DNA of 32,000 nt, taken from the NCBI GenBank assembly GCA_026625185.1, contig CP113000.1, forward strand, positions 120,001-152,000. Direction: 5' to 3'. The notes under the pieces were generated by a model that saw only the letters and a list, made by a program, of their open reading frames with translations, was not told the origin of the DNA and did no database searches. This document shows positions 1 through 7,485 of this stretch, in pieces; within the stretch, counting starts at the first letter, position 1; each line of letters opens with the position of its first letter. This DNA is from Thermodesulfobacteriota bacterium. GTDB lineage: Bacteria; Desulfobacterota; WTBG01; JAGOGO01. A program made the position numbers and the translations under genes.

Positions 1-298
1 AGGAAGTATTTTTACGCTAACGAGAGCTAATTTCATGCCTTCAGGCGGCAAGACCAGCTTGAAATAGGAACAGCAAGGTATTGATTGTCATAAACATGGT
101 CTGCCAGTGTCCTCAATCTCTCAACTTTTCAATGGATTTCATTTTGGAGGTACGTCTTCAAAAAATTTTGGAAAAATTGAATTAAAAACTTAGAGATAAG
201 GTTACACGGCTTTTTCCCTCCTTTCAGAATACGTGAAAAGAGGGGGAATTTAAATACGTTTCGGCATTTTTTTTATCTTCAGGCGGGGGAACGTGTTC

Positions 299-327
299 TT
301 GACACCAGGCGAACTTTCCGCCATACT
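299..327 (+). promoter_or_regulatory. Candidate sigma70-type promoter for the AAA+ ATPase/VWA/MBL genes
   Basis: TTGACA (299-304), 17-nt spacer, CATACT (322-327), about 40 nt before the ATG at 370. Confidence 0.3.
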
Positions 328-369
328 TTTTATAAAATACCCTCAGAAAACTCACAAAAGGGGGTAAGG

Positions 370-1761
370 ATGAAACCAAAAAATCTAGGCGAGCTAAAAC
401 AATCTGGTTTTCACGACCTCTCAATCCGGCAGGAGATCCGCAAAAATTTAGTTTCTAAATTAAAAACCGGTGAAACCATTTTTCCCGATATTATTGGGTA
501 TTACCAAACGGTGATCCCTAAAATTATCAATGCCGTCTTAGCGGGCCATGATATCATCTTTCTGGGGGAGCGGGGACAGGCAAAAAGCCGGTTGATGAGA
601 AGTTTTGTCAACCTGCTCGATGAAGAGATCCCTTTTATCGAAGGGTGCGAGATCAACGACCATCCGTATCACCCGGTCTGCCGACGATGCAAAGCGTTGC
701 TCAAAAAAAAAGGGGATGCGCTTCCGATTGCCTGGAAAAATCGCTCCGGGCGGTACACGGAAAAACTGGCCACCCCCGATGTAACCATTGCTGACCTTAT
801 TGGCGAAATTGACCCGATAAAAGTCGCTGAGGGCCGTTACCTGGCGGATGAACTCACGATCCATTTCGGCCTTATCCCCCGGAGTCACCGGGGCATCTTT
901 GCCATCAATGAACTTCCGGACTTAGCCGAAAAAATCCAGGTAGGTCTTTTCAATCTCATGCAGGAACGCGACATCCAGATTCGCGGCTTTAATCTCCGCC
1001 TCCCGCTGGAAGTCTTTCTCCTTGCCAGTGCGAATCCGGAAGACTATACCAACCGGGGAAGGATTATCACCCCGTTAAAAGATAGGTTTGGCAGTGAAGT
1101 GAGAACCCACTATCCGGCAAACTGGACGGATGAGATTACGATTATTAACCAGGAGCAAAAATTGGTTTCCCTCGATGGCTACCAGATAATAACTCCGCGA
1201 TTTATGAAGGAGATCATCGCCTCGATAAGCTATGAAGCCCGCAGTCATCCGGAGATTGATCAACGGTCAGGGGTCAGTGTCCGCATGAGCATCGCCAACT
1301 ATGAAACCATCGTCAGCAATGCTTTCCGGCGTTCTCTCCGTCTGCAGGAGCGCGAAGTGGTGCCAAGAATAAGCGACCTCTCCGCTGCCTTTGCTTCCAG
1401 CTTAGGAAAAATCGAATGGTTCGGATTAGAGGAAAAAAGAGAAGATCAAACCTTCCGCGCCATCGTCCGCGAGGCTATCCGGAAGGTGTTTGCGTCTTAC
1501 TTTTCTGATTCCGCGATCGAGGAGACCCTGGCGGATTTTGATCACCATAAAAAGATACGCGTCTCCGAAGATATGCCCGCAAAAAAATACGGGGAACAAG
1601 TAAAGACAATACCGAGTCTCCACACCAGCGTGGAACGGATACTCGAAAAACACTCGCCGGCATTGATCGCCTCGGCCCTCGAATTTATCCTCGAAGGTCT
1701 CCACCTAAGAGGAAGACTGAACAAAGAGGAGGTCGGAAACGAAGGGGTCTATCGTAGTTAA
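370..1761 (+). CDS. AAA+ ATPase, ChlI/BchI (Mg-chelatase subunit I)-like
   Basis: 463-aa ORF with a purine-rich SD-like run (GGGGTAAGG) before the ATG. Walker A-like GERGQAKS and Walker B-like IFAINELPD. Only a 1-nt gap to a VWA gene, the classic AAA+/VWA pairing. Confidence 0.8.
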   Translation: MKPKNLGELKQSGFHDLSIRQEIRKNLVSKLKTGETIFPDIIGYYQTVIPKIINAVLAGHDIIFLGERGQAKSRLMRSFVNLLDEEIPFIEGCEINDHPYHPVCRRCKALLKKKGDALPIAWKNRSGRYTEKLATPDVTIADLIGEIDPIKVAEGRYLADELTIHFGLIPRSHRGIFAINELPDLAEKIQVGLFNLMQERDIQIRGFNLRLPLEVFLLASANPEDYTNRGRIITPLKDRFGSEVRTHYPANWTDEITIINQEQKLVSLDGYQIITPRFMKEIIASISYEARSHPEIDQRSGVSVRMSIANYETIVSNAFRRSLRLQEREVVPRISDLSAAFASSLGKIEWFGLEEKREDQTFRAIVREAIRKVFASYFSDSAIEETLADFDHHKKIRVSEDMPAKKYGEQVKTIPSLHTSVERILEKHSPALIASALEFILEGLHLRGRLNKEEVGNEGVYRS

Positions 1762-1762
1762 C

Positions 1763-3274
1763 ATGCGAACCTTCCAATACACTCTCGCTTCCGAAAACAA
1801 CCCGGTTACCCTACCCTCCCCTGAGGAGCTTCTGCTCTCGTTATCCGAACCATTACTGGAAACCGGAGATATTAAAAAAGCTCTCCAAAAAATTATTAAC
1901 CTCGGGGAGGGGAAAAAACTGAGAGGCCTCGAAGACCTCTTAGCGGAGACACGGAATATCAAAGCTTCTTTCCTTAAATCGTATAACCCAAAATCAGCGC
2001 TGGAAGCGCTCCAAAAGGAACTGCAGAGACAAAAGGGATGGGGCGGCTTGCCGGAGCCGGACCGAAAAGGCGGAGCCCGCCTCCTGGATGTCTCCGAAGA
2101 AAGGGAAAAAGCTCAAAAAAAACCACCCACGCCCTTAGAGCAGTTATTATCAGCCCTCCAGGACATAACGCACACCGTGCCGTTTACTGGTTTGACACCG
2201 GTTTCTCCTGAAGCAGTCCACGATTTTATCGAACGCATGAACTTAATCCTACAGGTGGAAAGGGACTTGCAGCGGGCGGTGTGGGGGTATGACCTGACGG
2301 CGATGAAGACTCAGCATATTTCCGATTTACTGGGAGAAGAAGCCGGCGCGACCTGGGAGTGTCTGAAAAACATCAAGAGCGAACTGGAAAGATCCGGTCT
2401 GTTGGAAGAGTGGGGAAATACCTACCGGTTAACCCAAAAGGGCTTTCATATTATCAGCAGTAAAATTCTCAAGGAAATTTTTGATCTCCTGAAAAGAGAC
2501 TTATTCGGTGAGCACGCAACCACATTTTACGGCGAAGGGAGTATTGACATCACCACCAGCCGACCCTACGTGTTTGGCCTGCCTCTTCATATCAACCTCT
2601 CTAAAACTTTAATGAATGCAGCCATCCGCCAGGGAAAAACTCCACGTTTGTCCCTTAAACCCGAAGACTTCGAAGTCTATGACCCGGAGTATGCTACCTT
2701 CTCAGCCACGGTGCTCATCCTGGATATGAGTCAATCAATGAAAGATCGGAACAATTTTCTCAACGCCAAAAAAGTGGCTTTAGCTTTTAATGACTTGATT
2801 CGGAGAAGGTTTCCTCCTGACTATCTGGGCATTATCGGTTTTTCAACCCTGGCCCGCAAACTTCTTCCCACCGAACTTCCGTATCTCCGCTGGGACGCGG
2901 AACAGTCCTATACCAACATCCAGGATGCCTTAAGGCTCAGCCGGAGACTTTTGAAACGGGAGGGTTCTCATAACAAACAGATCATCCTTATCACCGACGG
3001 AGAGCCCACTGCCCATTACGAGGGAGATAAGCTTTATTTCCGGTTCCCTCCCCATCCGGGAACCATCAAATATACGTTGGAAGAGGTAAAACAGTGCACC
3101 CGCGAAGGCATTGTTATCAATACCTTTATGATAGTCAAAAGCAACCCGCTTACCAATTTTGTTGAAGAAATGACTAAAATCAATCCCGGTCAATCCTATT
3201 ACGCTGACTTTGACACTCTGGGAGAAAACATAATCCTAAATTATCTGGTGAGAAAAAGGAAAAAGATTTCTTAA
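1763..3274 (+). CDS. VWA (von Willebrand factor A) domain protein, partner of the upstream AAA+ ATPase
   Basis: C-terminal VWA signature: MIDAS DxSxS in VLILDMSQSM, later ILITDGEPT. The N-terminal ~300 aa are helical/charged with no motif I recognise. Confidence 0.8.
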   Translation: MRTFQYTLASENNPVTLPSPEELLLSLSEPLLETGDIKKALQKIINLGEGKKLRGLEDLLAETRNIKASFLKSYNPKSALEALQKELQRQKGWGGLPEPDRKGGARLLDVSEEREKAQKKPPTPLEQLLSALQDITHTVPFTGLTPVSPEAVHDFIERMNLILQVERDLQRAVWGYDLTAMKTQHISDLLGEEAGATWECLKNIKSELERSGLLEEWGNTYRLTQKGFHIISSKILKEIFDLLKRDLFGEHATTFYGEGSIDITTSRPYVFGLPLHINLSKTLMNAAIRQGKTPRLSLKPEDFEVYDPEYATFSATVLILDMSQSMKDRNNFLNAKKVALAFNDLIRRRFPPDYLGIIGFSTLARKLLPTELPYLRWDAEQSYTNIQDALRLSRRLLKREGSHNKQIILITDGEPTAHYEGDKLYFRFPPHPGTIKYTLEEVKQCTREGIVINTFMIVKSNPLTNFVEEMTKINPGQSYYADFDTLGENIILNYLVRKRKKIS

Positions 3275-3280
3275 ACGTTT

Positions 3281-4045
3281 ATGGAAAAATTCTTCACCGT
3301 AACCTTCCTGGGTACCGGAACCGGCGTGCCCCTCAAAAACCGGCAGGCTCCGGGTCTGGTCGTGCAAGCCGGAGACACGCGCCTTTTGCTCGACAGCGGC
3401 AGTGGAACCGCATATCAGCTTGCTCGAGCGGGCTTTCATTATTATCAGTTTGATCATCTTTTGTATTCGCACTTTGCCCATCCCGATCATATCAACGACT
3501 TGGCGGAACTGATTTTTGCCAATAGCTATTTTGACCCTGTGCGAAAAACAACCATCTCCGTTTATGGACCGAAGGGGATAAAGAATTTTCTCAAGAACCT
3601 TTTTGTTCTTTATCCGGTCCTGGGCAACCCACCCTATCCGATCACGGTTCACGAGCTTGAGCAGGATACAAACAGCGTTAACGATGTAATAATGGAAACC
3701 AAACCGCTCAACCATCAGCAGAGCCCATGCCTGGGATACCGTATCCACTATCAGGGGAAGAGCATTATTTATTCAGGGGATACTGATTACTGTGATGCAC
3801 TGGTCACGTTAGCGCATAAAGGTGATTTGTTGATTGTTGAGTGCTCTTTTCCGGATGGCTATAAAATGGACGGCCACATTACCCCGACCGAAGTCGGGCA
3901 AATCGCAACCCAGGCTCAGGTAAAAAAAGTGGTCCTAACTCATCTGTATCCTCCGTGCGAACAGGTTGATGTGGTTTCTCAGGTTAAAGAACACTTTGGC
4001 GGCGAGGTGATCCGGGCGGAAGATTTGATGCAGATAAGCATTTGA
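3281..4045 (+). CDS. MBL-fold metallo-hydrolase (RNase Z/ElaC-like)
   Basis: LLLDSGSG, the variant metal motif SHFAHPDH, YSGDTDY, LIVECSF, GHITP, VLTHL. This is the spacing expected of the metallo-beta-lactamase fold. Confidence 0.75.
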   Translation: MEKFFTVTFLGTGTGVPLKNRQAPGLVVQAGDTRLLLDSGSGTAYQLARAGFHYYQFDHLLYSHFAHPDHINDLAELIFANSYFDPVRKTTISVYGPKGIKNFLKNLFVLYPVLGNPPYPITVHELEQDTNSVNDVIMETKPLNHQQSPCLGYRIHYQGKSIIYSGDTDYCDALVTLAHKGDLLIVECSFPDGYKMDGHITPTEVGQIATQAQVKKVVLTHLYPPCEQVDVVSQVKEHFGGEVIRAEDLMQISI

Positions 4046-4118
4046 AATTCTACTCTGTTCAAAAAGCTGGGCAGAGGAAAATCAATCGCAAGGAAAAATC
4101 TGTTTACGCTCTGAATAA

Positions 4119-4652
4119 TCAAGAAATCAATTTATTCGCTTTTAAACGGCGCACCACTGCGGGAACCATTGCTGAGCCTAAACATCCGAAAATCACCGTC
4201 AGGGTTGAGTCCAAAATAGCCTTTTGCCAAATTATTCCCGTTTCCATTCCCATAAACCTTTCAATAAGAAAAAACGCTGCAAACCGGGTGAAGGATGCGA
4301 TGCCCCCCACAATGATACACCCCACATAGCTTGAGGTGAGGCGGGGATAAAAAGCCGCTCCCAGGTCAACAACAAGACCCGGACAGATGAATTTTAAAAT
4401 AAGCAAAGGCCCTTTGCCCAATCCCATCAAGGTGCTGAGCACGCCGGCGATAAGCCCAACCAGGGATGCAGCCCCCATTTTAGGCACACATCCACGCCCT
4501 AACAAAATGAAAAACATAACAAAAAACATAGCATGGCCGGGCACATTAAGTTTTAGACGGAGAAGTACCCGGGCAAGAATGATAAAGGTGGCACAGAATC
4601 CCAGGTAGAGAGCTTCGCGCAGAGTAAATTTCGCCTTAGTTAACTTGTTCAC
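4119..4652 (-). CDS. Small polytopic membrane protein; candidate substrate-capture (S) component of the adjacent ECF-type transporter
   Basis: 177 aa, about 5-6 hydrophobic helices, GTG start with AAGGA 10 nt upstream. Lies 6 nt after the preceding gene and is the last gene of the TBDR1-ECF operon. The S-component role is inferred from size, topology and context only. Confidence 0.6.
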   Translation of the reverse strand: MNKLTKAKFTLREALYLGFCATFIILARVLLRLKLNVPGHAMFFVMFFILLGRGCVPKMGAASLVGLIAGVLSTLMGLGKGPLLILKFICPGLVVDLGAAFYPRLTSSYVGCIIVGGIASFTRFAAFFLIERFMGMETGIIWQKAILDSTLTVIFGCLGSAMVPAVVRRLKANKLIS

Positions 4653-4658
4653 AATAAA

Positions 4659-5384
4659 CTAATCCTTATTCTTCGGCTTTTTCTTCTCTGGTGATCTCCA
4701 AAGCGTTCCTTCTTTTTGCACAAAAAATACGATTTCCTTATGATGAAGGTTAGGACGAATCCAATTCTGGGTATCAATAAGCTCATAGTCAGGCAGGGCC
4801 TCACCCAAAAGATTTATCACCCGGCTGATGGCAGTCTGGCTGAGAATATCCCCCACGCTCTTCACACCTTTGACCTCGCGGATGCCCTTTAATTCAATAA
4901 AACGCCCATCATTGCCGGTACTTCTGAGGCCAACACCAGCCATCGCGCCGATAAACCCCTGCCCGGTTCCTCCTCCCAACCAGATATACACACCGAGCCG
5001 ATCTGCTATCTCCCGTGCTTCCTCCATGGTCAACACTTCTTTCTGCGCCCGCATGCCAAACGTGCGCAGGTCTTCAGGCACAGCATCTTTTTCCGAAACA
5101 CAGAGGCCGGGGTCAGCCCCTTCATGAAAGTTTTGCAGTAAAAAGCCCTGAGCACACTCAGCTATTTTGTGCAAATCCCCGTTAGTAGGGATTCCCTCGA
5201 TGCAGGCGCTGCTATTATGCGAGGTATAGGGAATATCAGGGTGAACCAGAAGCTGATGCCTCGTCACACTGGTATTGCTCACCAGTCCTTTTTTCGTCAG
5301 TTCTTCGGCCAGCATACGGGAAAGTCGGCCCGTCCCGATGCTTTCCATATTATCGGTGTCATCAATGCAGATAAACACACTCAT
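4659..5384 (-). CDS. Hypothetical cytoplasmic protein (N-terminal FICIDDTDN motif, Gly-rich GGGTGQGFIGAMAGVG)
   Basis: 241-aa ORF with a strong SD (AAGGAGG). No signal peptide or TM segments. The IDDTD N-terminus is reminiscent of the TiaS/DUF1743-type N-terminal domain, but that is a weak from-memory resemblance. Confidence 0.6.
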   Translation of the reverse strand: MSVFICIDDTDNMESIGTGRLSRMLAEELTKKGLVSNTSVTRHQLLVHPDIPYTSHNSSACIEGIPTNGDLHKIAECAQGFLLQNFHEGADPGLCVSEKDAVPEDLRTFGMRAQKEVLTMEEAREIADRLGVYIWLGGGTGQGFIGAMAGVGLRSTGNDGRFIELKGIREVKGVKSVGDILSQTAISRVINLLGEALPDYELIDTQNWIRPNLHHKEIVFFVQKEGTLWRSPEKKKPKNKD

Positions 5385-5408
5385 CTTAAAACCTCCTTAC
5401 AAAACGGC

Positions 5409-6092
5409 TTATTGAACCAAATGATTATTTTCCACTCTCCGGGGAACCTGTCCACCAAATCCCCTCGCCTCTGCTGAAAGAGCAGATTCGTTTGCGGTTT
5501 TTATTGCCCGAATAATCAGGGGAATCATAATACACGAAAAGATATCTTGCCAGTTAAAAGGATTAAAGCACTGGCGAAGCGCAACACGCGCACCCCGGAG
5601 ACGCTGTATGAGGGCTATTTCGTGAAACTCCCGGGCAAAATACGGAACAAACCGGAAGCTGGTAAGAATAGCAAAAGCGATCGAAAAAGGCAAAATTCTC
5701 CGCAGACCCCGCATCAACTGGGAACTCGGGGTGGTTCGCAGAAAGATCGCGCCGGGAAGAAAAAATAAAAGAATTTGAATTGAGATACGCATTCCAATAA
5801 AGAACCCGTCAACACCCTGACGAATCATATACAACCCCACCACAATGGCCATCTGAATCAGGAAAAAACGAATGTCCTGGAAAAAGTCAATTGGTTTTAA
5901 ACGAGAAAGATAATAGGTAGCTCCATTGAGCAGCAACAATACACCAAGCGCCCACGGATCACGCGAGATAATTGCCCCTATACTCAGAAAAAACCAAAGC
6001 GTCAGCTTCCCTGCCGCCGGCAGGTGATGCATTGCTGAATCCGCTGAACGAAACTGATACGCGTGTCCAATGCCGCCGCTTTTACGATGCAT
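5409..6092 (-). CDS. ecfT: ECF transporter transmembrane (T) component, EcfT/CbiQ family
   Basis: Polytopic protein with the two characteristic Ala-Arg-Gly coupling-helix motifs (IQRLRGARV and SAEARGFG). Start moved to the ATG at 6092, which overlaps the ATPase stop by 11 nt. The 65 aa upstream in the ORF track lie inside the ATPase gene. Confidence 0.8.
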   Translation of the reverse strand: MHRKSGGIGHAYQFRSADSAMHHLPAAGKLTLWFFLSIGAIISRDPWALGVLLLLNGATYYLSRLKPIDFFQDIRFFLIQMAIVVGLYMIRQGVDGFFIGMRISIQILLFFLPGAIFLRTTPSSQLMRGLRRILPFSIAFAILTSFRFVPYFAREFHEIALIQRLRGARVALRQCFNPFNWQDIFSCIMIPLIIRAIKTANESALSAEARGFGGQVPRRVENNHLVQ

Positions 6093-7458
6093 AAAGTTTT
6101 CCTTTTTCCACGACCACGCGGCGGTCCGCCCAATTTTGAAGCGGCAACGAATCATGTGAAGCAATAAGAACGGTGGTTCCCCTGACACGCCGAAGTTCGG
6201 ACAGGATATCCAGTATCCGCTTTCGCAGCAGAAAATCCAGGCCAGAGAAAGGCTCATCAAACAGCAAAACTTCCGGATGGATGGCAATTGCCGAGGCCAG
6301 CGCGACCCGGTGCTGCTCGCCGAAGCTGAGTGTCAAAGGAGACTGCTCCGCAAAAAGGGGAATGTCACAAAGAGCAAGTGCTTCAGCGACGCGTTCATTA
6401 ATTTCTGGTTGAGAGAGTTTCATCCGCGTTAAGGAAAACGCTACTTCTGCAAAGACGGTATCCTCAAAAAGCTGGCGTTGGGGATTCTGGAACAAAAATC
6501 CGACCTTTCCCAGCAGGCGTTCCGGCCAGGGAGGGTTCATGCCGCCAATCCGAATGCTTCCCGCTTCAGGGGTTACAAACCCGACCAGACACCGGAGAAA
6601 AGTTGATTTACCCGCTCCATTCAGCCCAAAGAGGTGAATCAGCTCCGCCTGATAAACCTTGACCTGCGCGTCCTGAAAAATCAAAGGGTTCTTGGAAGCA
6701 GGTCCCGCGACACAGAGGCCCTCAACCACAATAGCGGTTTTTTTTTCTGAGCTCGAAGCGCTTTCCTCCTTTTGCCGGTCATACGAGCTTTGAGACGGCG
6801 ATGGGATATTAACTTCTTGATGGTGTTGGCCGTTTTTCAGAAAAATAAAACGGTTGGCGATATTCTCATAGGGATTTAAATCATGGTCAGTAACAAGCAG
6901 GGCCTGCCCTTGCTGTTTGAGGCTTTTCAGAACCGCCATCAGGCGTTCTTTTCCGGGGGCATCCAGTTGGCAGGTTGGTTCATCCAGAAGTAATAAACCC
7001 GGCTTCATCGAGAGCACTGAGGCAATGGTTAAACGATGCTGCTCCCCTGCGGAAAGTTCCTCTACATTTCGTTTCTCGAACCCTGACAAGCCCACCGCTT
7101 CTAAAGACTCATGCACCCTGCCGGCTATCTGATCGGCGGGCAAACCAAGATTTTCCGGTCCAAACGCCACTTCATCTTCAACCGTGGTGCAAAGGATCTG
7201 AGATTCCGCGTTCTGAAAAACCATGCCGACAGCGACATTACTGCTGCTGTCGGCAATTCGGATAGTTCCTTCGGTCGTCCCGCCCCGCAAAAGCCCCTGG
7301 ATGGCCAGAAGAAGCGTGGTCTTGCCGCACCCGGAGGGGCCGCTTAAGCATACGCATTCGCCGGCAGCAACGGAAAACGAGATTTTTTCAGAAAATACCG
7401 GCGCTTCTTTTTCCGGATAGGTATAAAAAAAATTGCTGACCTCCAGAATCGGCGTCAT
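6082..7458 (-). CDS. Fused double ABC ATPase (EcfA-EcfA'/CbiO-type)
   Basis: Two complete nucleotide-binding domains. Walker A: GPSGCGKTT and GLNGAGKST. Signatures: LSAGEQHRL and LSFGEQHRV. Walker B: LLLDEP and LLFDEP. Confidence 0.9.
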   Translation of the reverse strand: MTPILEVSNFFYTYPEKEAPVFSEKISFSVAAGECVCLSGPSGCGKTTLLLAIQGLLRGGTTEGTIRIADSSSNVAVGMVFQNAESQILCTTVEDEVAFGPENLGLPADQIAGRVHESLEAVGLSGFEKRNVEELSAGEQHRLTIASVLSMKPGLLLLDEPTCQLDAPGKERLMAVLKSLKQQGQALLVTDHDLNPYENIANRFIFLKNGQHHQEVNIPSPSQSSYDRQKEESASSSEKKTAIVVEGLCVAGPASKNPLIFQDAQVKVYQAELIHLFGLNGAGKSTFLRCLVGFVTPEAGSIRIGGMNPPWPERLLGKVGFLFQNPQRQLFEDTVFAEVAFSLTRMKLSQPEINERVAEALALCDIPLFAEQSPLTLSFGEQHRVALASAIAIHPEVLLFDEPFSGLDFLLRKRILDILSELRRVRGTTVLIASHDSLPLQNWADRRVVVEKGKLYAS

Positions 7459-7485
7459 CCTTTTAAATCAACAACCTCTTTCTTT

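Noticed and set aside
224-424. 66-aa minus-strand ORF overlapping the start of the AAA+ gene
   Set aside because: It overlaps the promoter, SD and start of a confident gene. It has no SD and a low-complexity translation.
538-1962. Minus-strand ORFs 538-888, 1075-1263, 1426-1704, 1475-1663, 1542-1724 and 1705-1962
   Set aside because: All lie antisense within the well-supported AAA+ and VWA genes. None has an RBS or a recognisable motif, so they are typical shadow ORFs.
4042-4608. Plus-strand ORFs 4042-4329 and 4387-4608
   Set aside because: They are antisense to the 177-aa membrane protein. That protein has coherent TM helices and operon context; the plus-strand translations are Pro/Arg/Lys-rich with no structure.
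6093-6287. N-terminal 65-aa extension of the EcfT ORF given in the ORF track (start at 6287)
   Set aside because: The extension lies entirely inside the 3' end of the ATPase gene and its translation is Cys/Trp-rich nonsense. The ATG at 6092 gives the usual short overlap and a normal EcfT length.
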